From Emiliania huxleyi CCMP1516 (lineage: Eukaryota), in NCBI RefSeq assembly GCF_000372725.1, contig NW_005202176.1:229152-293151 (forward strand): a DNA stretch of 64,000 bases, in the 5' to 3' direction. This document shows positions 24,742 through 36,793 of this stretch, piece after piece. Position numbers and translations under genes: made by a program. The number at the start of each line of letters is the position of its first letter. Within the stretch, counting starts at the first letter, position 1. Below the pieces are notes generated by a model that saw only the letters and a list, made by a program, of their open reading frames with translations, did not search any database and was not told the DNA's origin.

Positions 24742-27700
24742 TTAGTGCCAGTGCGCGCCAGTCCCGTGCCTAGTGTCGTGCGAGGGAGTTTTTTGTTGTA
24801 AGGCCACGACGTTGTTCTTGGAGAAGAAGAGGTAGCCCGAGTCTGGGGTGCCGACCTGGCCGATCGAGACGGACGGCGCGGGGAGGTCCTGGGTGCGCGT
24901 CTCCGAGCCGCAGTCGCGGACCTCGACGCCCGTGTGCTGCCCGCCCGCGTTGGCCAGAATGATGTTCCCGAACTTGCCGCCCGTGCCCTCGCGGAGGCGC
25001 ATGATGGCGTTCGAGTCTCGTGCGGAGCGGGTGCCGCCGCCGATGATGGTCATCGAGTAGAAGGCGGGGTGCGAGCGGGGCTGCGAGTCGAGGTTGCCGC
25101 CCGTCTTCGAGTCGATCTCGGTGCCGTGGTTGCCGTCGACGCCGACCATGGCGAAGAGGAACTGGCCGCTGCCCTGGTACCCCTCGTCGACGTCGAACGC
25201 GTCGTCGCCCACAAACAGGGCCGAGAGCCACTTGACGTTGACGGTGCCGCCGAAGAACTCGAAGCCGTCGTCGAGGTTGAGGGCGACCTCGCAGTGCTCG
25301 ACGGTCGTGCCCGAGCCGACGCCGCCAAAGGTGATGCCGTTGATCTCATTGTCGGCGCCGATGATGGCGCCGCCGTGCCACACGCGCACGTACTTGAGCG
25401 AGCCCGAGCTGTCGCCCGGGTCGGACCCGCCGTACGGCCTGCCCGAGATGCCCTCGATGAAGTTGGAGGCGTAGCTGCCGGCGGAGGTGGGCGCGCGGCC
25501 GAGCAGGACGAGGCCGCCCCACTTGCCGCGCTCGCCGAGGTTGGTGAGGCCGGGGTTGGCGGTGTCTGTCTGGGCCTGCTCCGAGGAGGCAAGCGCCGCC
25601 TCCGAGAGGACGGTGGTCATGGTGATCGGCCGGACCGCCGTGCCCTCGGCAATCAGCCTGCCGCCCTGCTCGACGACGATGGCCGGGGCGACATCGCCTG
25701 TGGGGGGCGCGAGGAGGCGGGAGGAGGTCAGCTCCATCGAGCGGCCAATCCAACGGGGCGGGGGGGGGAGGGGAGGGCGTGTTGGCCCACCTGGAGCCTG
25801 GCCGGTCGGCATCGCGTAGATCGTGGTGCCGGGCGGGATGGTGAGCGAGGCCGAGATGAAGAGCTGCGACGTGAGGAGGTACGACGTGTCGGCCGAGAGG
25901 GTGGTCGCGCTGTCGACGTCGCCGCCGAGGCGCGCGATGGTCCGATACTGCAGCTGCGCAAAGGGGGAGGGGGCGATGCCGGCGCAGGTGGAGCCGGCCA
26001 TCTTGCCAGCGCAGGCGAGCCACGAGTACTCGCTCAGCCAGTTGTCCGACGGGCTCGCGAAGGCGCCCTTGCACGCGACGCCCTCGTAGAAGGGGTCGGT
26101 GGACGAGTCGATTGCCCCACTGCACATCTCCGAGCTTGCCGTGGGCAGCGGGCTGAAGGAGCTGCCGAGGCAGGTGTAGTCGAGGCAGGCGGCCGAGACG
26201 CCCGCGAAGCCCGGGTTGGCGAGGCGGGCGGCGAAGCCGGCGCTCGAGCAGGTCTTCGCGCCCGAGCCGTAGCTGAAGGGCGTGCTGGCGCCGTAGATGA
26301 CGTTGTTTGGCGAGAAGAAGAGGAAGTCGGGGAACTGCTCGGGCAGCAGCGTGATGCCGCGGCTCTCGCTGCCGCAGTCGTCGTTCCTGACGCCGATGCC
26401 CGATCCGTACGCGAGGACGACGTTGCCGAAGCTGCCGCCCGTGCCCTCGCGGAGGCGCATGAGGCCGTCCGCGTTGGCGCCCGAGGCGGCCGATCCGCCG
26501 CCGAGGATGGTCATCGAGTAGAAGGCGGGGTGCGAGCGGGGCTGCGAGTTGAGGTTGCCGCCCGTCTTGGAGTCCATCTCGGTGCCGTGGTTGCCGTCCT
26601 CGCCGGTCATGGCGAAGAGGAACTGGCCCTTGCCCTGGTACCCCTCGTCCGAGTCGAAGGCGTCATCGCCCACGAAGAGGACCGAGAGCCACTTGACGTT
26701 GACGGTGCCGCCGAAGAACTCGAAGCCGTCGTCCAGGTTGAAGGCGACCTCACAGTGCTCGACGGTCGTGCCCGAGCCGACGCCGCCAAAGGTGATGCCG
26801 TTGATCTCATTGTCGGCGCCGATGGCGGCGCCGCCGTGCCACACGCGCACGTACTTGAGCGAGCCCGAGCTGTCGGCCGGGTCGGACCCGCCGTACGGCC
26901 TGCCCGAGATGCCCTCGATGAAGTTGGAGGCGTAGCTGCCGGCAGAGGTGGGCGCGCGGCCGAGCAGGATGAGGCCGCCCCACTTGCCGCGGGTCTCCAG
27001 CACGGTGCCCACCACGCTGGCGCCGGTGTCCGTCACGACCGTCGAGTCGTCCGTCTCCTCCGGGTTGAAGGCGGTGAAGGTGATCGGGTCGGCCGCCGTG
27101 CCCTCGGCCATCAGCCTGCCGCCCTGCTCGACGACGAGCGCGGGCGCCTCGGAGGCGGGGCTGCCGACCGGCATGGCGTAGATCGTGGTGCCCCGCTCGA
27201 TGGTGAGCGTGACGCCGTCCAGGACGAAGACCTGGCACGACATGATGTACGTCGTCGACGCGACGAGGGACGTGTCCGAGCTGAGGTCGCCGCAGAGGTA
27301 CTCGAAGCGGCCCGAGGGGCCGTCCTGCGCCTCCTCGCCGCACTCCAAGGCGCTCGTCGCGAGGCGGTCCTGCTCGGCGAGGTACGACCAGTCCTCGAGC
27401 CACAGGTTGCCGGCGCCAAAGGCACCCTTGTACGAGACGGGCGCGAAGAAGGACGGCGGCGGGTCGTCGACGCCCGTCCAGCCAGAGCCGCCGCAGGTGG
27501 GGCGCGGGTCGAGACGGCCGGAGCCGCCGCCGCCGCAGCCGTCCTCGTAGAAGCAGCCGTAGATGCCCGGGTCGGCGTACACTGCCTGCCACCCCTCGTC
27601 GGGGCAGCCCCTGTCGAAGGAGAAGGGCGGGTTGGCGCCGGCCACGACGTTGTTCTTGGAGAAGAAGAGGTAGCCCGAGTCTGGGGTGCCGACCTGGCCG

Positions 27701-30700
27701 ATCGAGACGGACGGCGCGGGGAGGTCCTGGGTGCGCGTCTCCGAGCCGCAGTCGCGGACCTCGACGCCCGTGTGCTGCCCGCCCGCGTTGGCCAGAATGA
27801 CGTTCCCGAACTTGCCGCCCGTGCCCTCGCGGAGGCGCATGATGGCGTTCGAGTCTCGTGCGGAGCGGGTGCCGCCGCCGATGATGGTCATCGAGTAGAA
27901 GGCGGGGTGCGAGCGGGGCTGCGAGTTGAGGTTGCCGCCCGTCTTCGAGTCGATCTCGGTGCCGTGGTTGCCGTCGACGCCGACCATGGCGAAGAGGAAC
28001 TGGCCGCTGCCCTGGTACCCCTCGTCGACGTCGAACGCGTCGTCGCCCACAAACAGGGCCGAGAGCCACTTGACGTTGACGGTGCCGCCGAAGAACTCGA
28101 AGCCGTCGTCCAGGTTGAGGGCGACCTCGCAGTGCTCGACGGTCGTGCCCGAGCCGACGCCGCCAAAGGTGATGCCGTTGATCTCATTGTCGGCGCCGAT
28201 GATGGCGCCGCCGTGCCACACGCGCACGTACTTGAGCGAGCCCGAGCTGTCGCCCGGGTCGGACCCGCCGTACGGCCTGCCCGAGATGCCCTCGATGAAG
28301 TTGGAGGCGTAGCTGCCGGCGGAGGTGGGCGCGCGGCCGAGCAGGACGAGGCCGCCCCACTTGCCGCGCTCGCCGAGGTTGGTGAGGCCGGGGTTGGCGG
28401 TGTCTGTCTGGGCCTGCTCCGAGGAGGCAAGCGCCGCCTCCGAGAGGACGGTGGTCATGGTGATCGGCCGGACCGCCGTGCCCTCGGCAATCAGCCTGCC
28501 GCCCTGCTCGACGACGATGGCCGGGGCGACATCGCCTGTGGGGGAGCGCGAGGAGGCGGGAGGAGGTCAGCTCCATCGAGCGGCCAATCCAACGGGGCGG
28601 GGGGGGAGGGGAGGGGCGTGTCGGCCCACCTGGAGCCTGGCCGGTCGGCATCGCGTAGATCGTGGTGCCGGGCGGGATGGTGAGCGAGGCCGAGATGAAG
28701 AGCTGCGACGTGAGGAGGTACGACGTGTCGGCCGAGAGGGTGGTCGCGCTGTCGACGTCGCCGCCGAGGCGCGCGATGGTCTGCCCGTCAGCTTGCAGCT
28801 GCGCGAAGGGGGAGGGGGCGATGCCGGCGCAGGTGGAGCCGGCCATCTTGCCAGCGCAGGCGAGCCACGAGTACTCGCTCAGCCAGTTGTCCGACGGGCT
28901 CGCGAAGGCGCCCTTGCACGCGACGCCCTCGTAGAAGGGGTCGGTGGACGAGTCGATTGCCCCACTGCACATCTCCGAGCCTGCCGTGGGCAGAGGGCTG
29001 AAGGAGCTGCCGAGGCAGGTGTAGTCGAGGCAGGTGGCCGAGACGCCCGCGAAGCCCGGGTCGGCGAGGCGGGCGGCGAAGCTGGCGCTCGAGCAGGTCT
29101 TCGCGCCCGAGCCGTAGCTGAAGGGCGTGCTGGCGCCGTAGATGACGTTGTTTGGCGAGAAGAAGAGGAAGTCGGGGAACTGCTCGGGCAGCAGCGTGAT
29201 GCCGCGGCTCTCGCTGCCGCAGTCGTCGTTCCTGACGCCGATGCCCGATCCGTACGCGAGGACGACGTTGCCGAAGCTGCCGCCCGTGCCCTCGCGGAGG
29301 CGCATGAGGCCGTCCGCGTTGGCGCCCGAGGCGGCCGATCCGCCGCCGAGGATGGTCATCGAGTAGAAGGCGGGGTGCGAGCGGGGCTGCGAGTTGAGGT
29401 TGCCGCCCGTCTTGGAGTCCATCTCGGTGCCGTGGTTGCCGTCCTCGCCGGTCATGGCGAAGAGGAACTGGCCCTTGCCCTGGTACCCCTCGTCCGAGTC
29501 GAAGGCGTCATCGCCCACGAAGAGGACCGAGAGCCACTTGACGTTGACGGTGCCGCCGAAGAACTCGAAGCCGTCGTCCAGGTTGAAGGCGACCTCACAG
29601 TGCTCGACGGTCGTGCCCGAGCCGACGCCGCCAAAGGTGATGCCGTTGATCTCATTGTCGGCGCCGATGGCGGCGCCGCCGTGCCACACGCGCACGTACT
29701 TGAGCGAGCCCGAGCTGTCGGCCGGGTCGGACCCGCCGTACGGCCTGCCCGAGATGCCCTCGATGAAGTTGGAGGCGTAGCTGCCGGCGGAGGTGGGCGC
29801 GCGGCCGAGCAGGATGAGGCCGCCCCACTTGCCGCGGGTCTCCAGCACGGTGTCCACCACGCTGGCGCCGGTGTCCGTCACGACCGTCGAGTCGTCCGTC
29901 TCCTCCGGGTTGAAGGCGGTGAAGGTGATCGGGTCGGCCGCCGTGCCCTCGGCCATCAGCCTGCCGCCCTGCTCGACGACGAGCGCGGGCGCCTCGGAGG
30001 CGGGGCTGCCGACCGGCATGGCGTAGATCGTGGTGCCCCGCTCGATGGTGAGCGTGACGCCGTCCAGGACGAAGACCTGGCACGACATGATGTACGTCGT
30101 CGACGCGACGAGGGACGTGTCCGAGCTGAGGTCGCCGCAGAGGTACTCGAAGCGGCCCGAGGGGCCGTCCTGCGCCTCCTCGCCGCACTCCAAGGCGCTC
30201 GTCGCGAGGCGGTCCTGCTCGGCGAGGTACGACCAGTCCTCGAGCCACAGGTTGCCGGCGCCAAAGGCACCCTTGTACGAGACGGGCGCGAAGAAGGACG
30301 ACGGCGGGTCGTCGACGCCCGTCCAGCCAGAGCCGCCGCAGGTGGGGCGCGGGTCGAGACGGCCGGAGCCGCCGCCGCCGCAGCCGTCCTCGAAGAAGCA
30401 GCCGTAGATGCCCGGGTCGGCGTACACTGCCTGCCACCCCTCGTCGGGGCAGCCCCTGTCGAAGGCGAAGGGCGGGTTGGCGCCGGCCACGACGTTGTTC
30501 TTGGAGAAGAAGAGGTAGCCCGAGTCTGGGGTGCCGACCTGGCCGATCGAGACGGACGGCGCGGGGAGGTCCTGGGTGCGCGTCTCCGAGCCGCAGTCGC
30601 GGACCTCGACGCCCGTGTGCTGCCCGCCCGCGTTGGCCAGAATGACGTTCCCGAACTTGCCGCCCGTGCCCTCGCGGAGGCGCATGATGGCGTTCGAGTC

Positions 30701-33062
30701 TCGTGCGGAGCGGGTGCCGCCGCCGATGATGGTCATCGAGTAGAAGGCGGGGTGCGAGCGGGGCTGCGAGTTGAGGTTGCCGCCCGTCTTCGAGTCGATC
30801 TCGGTGCCGTGGTTGCCGTCGACGCCGACCATGGCGAAGAGGAACTGGCCGCTGCCCTGGTAGCCCTCGTCGACGTCGAACGCGTCGTCGCCCACAAACA
30901 GCGCCGAGAGCCACTTGACGTTGACGGTGCCGCCGAAGAACTCGAAGCCGTCGTCGAGGTTGAGGGCGACCTCGCAGTGCTCGACGGTCGTGCCCGAGCC
31001 GACGCCGCCAAAGGTGATGCCGTTGATCTCATTGTCGGCGCCGATGATGGCGCCGCCGTGCCACACGCGCACGTACTTGAGCGAGCCCGAGCTGTCGCCC
31101 GGGTCGGACCCGCCGTACGGCCTGCCCGAGATGCCCTCGATGAAGTTGGAGGCGTAGCTGCCGGCGGAGGTGGGCGCGCGGCCGAGCAGGACGAGGCCGC
31201 CCCACTTGCCGCGCTCGCCGAGGTTGGTGAGGCCGGGGTTGGCGGTGTCTGTCTGGGCCTGCTCCGAGGAGGCAAGCGCCGCCTCCGAGAGGACGGTGGT
31301 CATGGTGATCGGCCGGACCGCCGTGCCCTCGGCAATCAGCCTGCCGCCCTGCTCGACGACGATGGCCGGGGCGACATCGCCTGTGGGGGAGCGCGAGGAG
31401 GCGGGAGGAGGTCAGCTCCATCGAGCGGCCAATCCAACGGGGCGGGGGGGGAGGGGAGGGGCGTGTTGGCCCACCTGGAGCCTGGCCGGTCGGCATCGCG
31501 TAGATCGTGGTGCCGGGCGGGATGGTGAGCGAGGCCGAGATGAAGAGCTGCGACGTGAGGAGGTACGACGTGTCGGCCGAGAGGGTGGTCGCGCTGTCGA
31601 CGTCGCCGCCGAGGCGCGCGATGGTCTGCCCGTCAGCTTGCAGCTGCGCGAAGGGGGAGGGGGCGATGCCGGCGCAGGTGGAGCCGGCCATCTTGCCAGC
31701 GCAGGCGAGCCACGAGTACTCGCTCAGCCAGTTGTCCGACGGGCTCGCGAAGGCGCCCTTGCACGCGACGCCCTCGTAGAAGGGGTCGGTGGACGAGTCG
31801 ATTGCCCCACTGCACATCTCCGAGCTTGCCGTGGGCAGCGGGCTGAAGGAGCTGCCGAGGCAGGTGTAGTCGAGGCAGGTGGCCGAGACGCCCGCGAAGC
31901 CCGGGTCGGCGAGGCGGGCGGCGAAGCCGGCGCTCGAGCAGGTCTTCGCGCCCGAGCCGTAGCTGAAGGGCGTGCTGGCGCCGTAGATGACGTTGTTTGG
32001 GGAGAAGAAGAGGAAGTCGGGGAACTGCTCGGGCAGCAGCGTGATGCCGCGGCTCTCGCTGCCGCAGTCGTCGTTCCTGACGCCGATGCCCGATCCGTAC
32101 GCGAGGACGACGTTGCCGAAGCTGCCGCCCGTGCCCTCGCGGAGGCGCATGAGGCCGTCCGCGTTGGCGCCCGAGGCGGCCGATCCGCCGCCGAGGATGG
32201 TCATCGAGTAGAAGGCGGGGTGCGAGCGGGGCTGCGAGTTGAGGTTGCCGCCCGTCTTGGAGTCCATCTCGGTGCCGTGGTTGCCGTCCTCGCCGGTCAT
32301 GGCGAAGAGGAACTGGCCCTTGCCCTGGTACCCCTCGTCCGAGTCGAAGGCGTCATCGCCCACGAAGAGGACCGAGAGCCACTTGACGTTGACGGTGCCG
32401 CCGAAGAACTCGAAGCCGTCGTCCAGGTTGAAGGCGACCTCACAGTGCTCGACGGTCGTGCCCGAGCCGACGCCGCCAAAGGTGATGCCGTTGATCTCAT
32501 TGTCGGCGCCGATGGCGGCGCCGCCGTGCCACACGCGCACGTACTTGAGCGAGCCCGAGCTGTCGGCCGGGTCGGACCCGCCGTACGGCCTGCCCGAGAT
32601 GCCCTCGATGAAGTTGGAGGCGTAGCTGCCGGCGGAGGTGGGCGCGCGGCCGAGCAGGATGAGGCCGCCCCACTTGCCGCGGGTCTCCAGCACGGTGTCC
32701 ACCACGCTGGCGCCGGTGTCCGTCACGACCGTCGAGTCGTCCGTCTCCTCCGGGTTGAAGGCGGTGAAGGTGATCGGGTCGGCCGCCGTGCCCTCGGCCA
32801 TCAGCCTGCCGCCCTGCTCGACGACGAGCGCGGGCGCCTCGGAGGCGGGGCTGCCGACCGGCATGGCGTAGATCGTGGTGCCCCGCTCGATGGTGAGCGT
32901 GACGCCGTCCAGGACGAAGACCTGGCACGACATGATGTACGTCGTCGACGCGACGAGGGACGTGTCCGAGCTGAGGTCGCCGCAGAGGTACTTGAACTCG
33001 TGCTCGCCCGATCCAACAACGCTGGTGGCGAGGCTCAACGCGGCCAGCGCGCGGAGCAGCAT
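24742..33062 (-). CDS. Giant secreted protein with six tandem bacterial-type parallel beta-helix (pectin-lyase-like) domains, (AB)x3
   Basis: Signal peptide MLLRALAALSLATSVVG; repeated GKWGGLILLG..DSSGSLKYVRVWHGG..NEINGITFGGVGSGT..DDGFEFFGGTVN..GDDAFDxDEGY; ~2,840-bp near-identical units, each with the same ~95-106-bp intron. Confidence 0.88.
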
Positions 33063-33420
33063 GCCGCCGCGGCAAAGCAGGTGCCACCTCAGCATTGCGG
33101 CGGAGCAGTGCTTCCACCACCGCCGGAGCTTTGCTCGTACCCCCAGTTGAAATATGATGACACGGATGAATTTCGGCGCTTTTCAGGCCGTCGGCCAAAC
33201 ACAGCTGAATGGAAAGAGGTTGTGTGTCGGTGTCTTGTGTGTGAATTGCAATGGTTGATATCGCTCTTTTATCATGCTTTTGATCCACGATCCTCGACGT
33301 TCGATCGACTAACTACCCATTTTTCATTCATTCACAAACAATCACTCACAAAAATCGGTCCGTCCTAGTCTTGATGGCGGCCGCCGGCAACCGCGCGCGG
33401 GGCGAGCCAGAATATCGCTC

Positions 33421-34150
33421 CTACAGCTCCTCCTTCTCCCCCTGGCTGTGCTGCACAAGCAGCGCAATGAGCTTTCGCAGTTCGGCCGCCTCGCCCGGCG
33501 CCTTCTTCTTCCCCAGTCTCTTGAGCTTGCGACGGGCGAGATCGACGGGCACAATGCCGTCCTCGAAGGTCTTGTCGGGCAACGTGCGGGCGTGCGGGTC
33601 GGCTCCCGCCTCAAGGAGCATCGCCACCACCGGCAGGCTGCCCTTCTCCGCAGCCTTGTGCAGCGGCGTCCACTCATCGTGCTCAGCACAGGCGCTCACA
33701 TCGGCGCCGTGGTCGATGAGCAGCCGCACCATCGGCTCGCCTTCCCAGGCAGCGAGGAACAGTGCGTCGCGGCCCCTACGCACACCGTGACGGGTGATTC
33801 AACAGCAGCAGCATGCTTCCGGCCAAGCGTGTGTGTCGGCTCCAGGCGTTGGTTGGCGACGGGTCGCCGCCGGCATCGAGAAGCGCTTGAAGCGTCGCGA
33901 CCTTGTGCCGCACGACAGCCCACATGATGGCCGTATAGTTGTACAGGCCGCTCGCCGACGGCGACGCGCCTTTGCTGAGCAGCTCAGACACAAGCGAAGG
34001 ATCATCTGCGCCCTTCGCCTGCACGAGGCTTATGAGCTGGCCGTCGACCGTTGATGCCTCGCCCGCGTAAGCGTCCTCGTCCTCCTTAAGGCTGGCTAGC
34101 TCTGTGGCGGAGACAGGGTGGAGCAAGAGAAGCACGAGCAAACGCCACAT
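33421..34150 (-). CDS. Secreted/ER ankyrin-repeat protein
   Basis: MWRLLVLLLLHPVSA signal; YTAIMWAV, RDALFLAA, WTPLHKAAEKG; one intron ~33776-33841; ends KEEL (KDEL-like). Confidence 0.8.
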
Positions 34151-34484
34151 GTACCCGGGTCAGTGGGCTTGGCCGACGGCCCGGGCGAGCATTTTCTTTT
34201 TCTTTGTAGCTTGTCTATTACTCACAGGCTCTGAGGGCGTGTTGATCGCGTGCCGGCGGGGTGGCAACCTTACGTCTACTCAAATAAATAAGATAAGTCC
34301 TAACAAACGTATCCATGTCCATGTGGCATGCCGGCGTGGACATGGTCCAACATCAGAGCGCATCTAATTGTACATCTGAAGCGAGGCGGTGGGGGGCTCC
34401 AGCTAAAAACGAATGTACAGCGCCGCGACGGGCGACCCTGGCGCGCGCAATGTGCGCATATGGCATAAGCGCATCCTTGTGAGG

Positions 34485-35201
34485 TCAGCGAATCCGAATC
34501 TGGTAGCCGCCGATCGACTCGTAGAGATTCCTCGAGCGGCGGCGCGGCCGCCGCTGGCTGGAGGCCGTCCCGAACGAAAGCCCGCCCCACGCGCGAATCG
34601 CCTCTCCGCCCCAGCCGGTCGTGTTCGTGCTGCCTGCATCGGAGGCGCCCGAGCTTGACGGCGAGGGCGGCCGTGGGCCTGTTTCGCCATCGGGGAGCGG
34701 CGCGAGCATGGTCTCCCCACCCGGGCAGCTCACGAAAAAGCCGCGAAAATCTGAGCCTCCAGCCCCCACGCTCCCCAGGTCAAGCGCCGGCGGCACGGGA
34801 GGGGCGGGAGCGGCCGAGACGATAAGCTCGACGCACTCGGACTGCGCGATCGCTCGCCGGCGCTGTGGCGGCAGCGAGACGCTTTGAAGCGTCTGAACCG
34901 GGTCGGCGCCCGCCGCGAGCAGCCGGCGCACAACCTCGGCGTGGCCTGCCATTGCGGCGGCGGTGAGTGCGACGTGATCCGCAGTGGCGCCATGCTGAAG
35001 CAGCACGCGGACGTTGTCGACGTCGCCGCGCTTGCTGGCGATGTACAACGGCGTCGCGCCCGAGTGGGGGTCCCGCCAGCAGGCCGGTAAACCCGCCTCG
35101 ATCAGCGGTTCAAGGCTTCGCCCGCGAGCTGCGGCGTTGTAGACGAGGTGGCCATTGGCCGAGCGAGAGCCCGGCAGCACGGGCGGGCCGAGCATCAGCA
35201 A
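34485..35201 (-). CDS. Ankyrin-repeat protein (5' end uncertain)
   Basis: GATPLYIASKRGDVDNVRVLLQHGA; ALTAAAMAGHAEVVRRLLAAGADP. Confidence 0.7.
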   Translation of the reverse strand: MLMLGPPVLPGSRSANGHLVYNAAARGRSLEPLIEAGLPACWRDPHSGATPLYIASKRGDVDNVRVLLQHGATADHVALTAAAMAGHAEVVRRLLAAGADPVQTLQSVSLPPQRRRAIAQSECVELIVSAAPAPPVPPALDLGSVGAGGSDFRGFFVSCPGGETMLAPLPDGETGPRPPSPSSSGASDAGSTNTTGWGGEAIRAWGGLSFGTASSQRRPRRRSRNLYESIGGYQIRIR

Positions 35202-35410
35202 CTCGGCTTCCCGGCGGCGGCTGAGCCAGCCAGCGCCGGGCAGCGAGCTCGAGTGCCGCTGCTACTCGCCGCTGGACGTCTTCGCCAGCGGCGGCGGCGC
35301 GAGCAGCGCCGAGCCCGTGCCGTCGATCCTGTACCTACACGGCGGCGCTTTACCTCGTCTGACCTCGACATAACAGCCACATTTTCTTCTTCTTCATACA
35401 CTACGACCTT

Positions 35411-35589
35411 GGTTCCAACTTTTTGCGGGGTATGGTATGGTAGTGTCGCGGCCCAAAGGGTGGGGGGGTATGGTCCTGACCGCCCATCCCCGGTCTCCGG
35501 GAGGCTGGGTCTGTCAGCAGGCGGGGGGGTATGGTCTCGAGGTGGGTTGCGCGAGGCTACCATACCATACCCAGCAAAAAGTCCGAACC
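35411..35589. mobile_element. Small MITE/foldback element
   Basis: ~40-bp imperfect inverted repeat GGTTCCAACTTTTTGCGGGGTATGGTATGGTAGTGTCGCG / CGCGAGGCTACCATACCATACCCAGCAAAAAGTCCGAACC. Confidence 0.7.
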
Positions 35590-36447
35590 CTGGGTCGGGC
35601 TCATATAGGCAAGCGTGGGCCCGAGGAGTTCTTTGCCGGGGGCAAGCAGGTGATTACACTGACCCAAATACAGCAAACCAAACAATACGGCCTGATGGGC
35701 GCCATACGCGGCAGAAAGAATTCTCTGGTGCCGCGCGCAGCACGTCGCTAACTTTGGGCGCGTCGTGCAGACGTTCAGACAGGCGGTGGCACGGATCGTA
35801 CGGCGGGCCAAGTGGGGCCGCATCATTAGGGCCCTAAGACTGCGCGCACGAAATGGAGAAATGATAGCCCATTCTTCGCGATCAGCCCCTAGTATGTGGC
35901 CACGTGTGAGGGATCCAGGACCGCAAGGTCCCAATCCACGTGCCGGGTATCACATCACAAGGTACGTGCTTCGTGGGACGGGTACGCGGGGGTGGGACTA
36001 AGTAACCGCGGGCGGGGGCAGTATCACGCGACCGTTATACACACGGCGACCCCTTGAGATTTGATTGAGATGCAGATGAGCTCGCGAGCTCGCGCGTGTG
36101 TTTCGTCGGTCGGCCGTCCTGTTCACACATCTCATTGAGATTGTTATTCAAATTCCATGTTCACAGCAATTGTCTCCCCTTTCGCCGCTGTCTCTGAGCG
36201 TAGCGGGATCGCCGACTTGGTCGCCCCGACCGCCGCTGCCAGCCGCTGGCGTGACCGCGTCCCTTTTGTCCCTTTTGCTCCCACTCTTTGCTCCCTTTTC
36301 CCTCGCCGCGTAACTTGCGCCCCTTTTGAAAACTTTTATTTTGTTATATTAAACCCTTTTTTCACCACCTGAGATCCCGAATCTCAGCCCTGCAATTATG
36401 ACCCCAACTGCCCTGCCCTGCCCTGCCCTGCCCTGCCCTGCACCACG

Positions 36448-36510
36448 TGTGTGTGTGTGTGTGTGTCGTCGTGGTTTCGTATCAAGAATACTCACTCACT
36501 CACTCACTCA
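36448..36510 (+). mobile_element. 5'-truncated retroelement end with (CTCA)n tail and 11-bp TSD
   Basis: CCTGCACCACG at 36437-47 and 36511-21; core GTCGTCGTGGTTTCGTATCAAGAATA shared with ~48408-48433. Confidence 0.75.
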
Positions 36511-36793
36511 CCTGCACCACGCTGCCCGGCGTCTCTCACTTTCCGGGACAGCCCCGCCCTTGTGAGGCAGGAAAGTGGTGGCTACTATGTATGTAGAAAG
36601 ATGAACAACAGTCAGGCTCGGACTGGACACCAACGCGGTATGGCTACTCCGCGCACCTGAATTCTTTTTGGTAGGCTCGGCCTCGCAGCCGCTCGGTCGC
36701 GCGAGCCGTTCCGCTGTGCAACGCTCTCGATCTCTCGCGCTCTCGCTCTCGCTCTCGCTCTCTCTCTATTTACGCAGGCCACCCCTCGCGGCC

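Noticed and set aside
24934..33368. Very long plus-strand ORFs (1249, 1067, 732 aa)
   Set aside because: Antisense shadows of the GC3-rich beta-helix gene; no domain signal
35155..35373. Alpha/beta-hydrolase-like ILYLHGG fragment on the plus strand
   Set aside because: Short, overlaps the open antisense frame of the ankyrin gene, and has no downstream catalytic motifs
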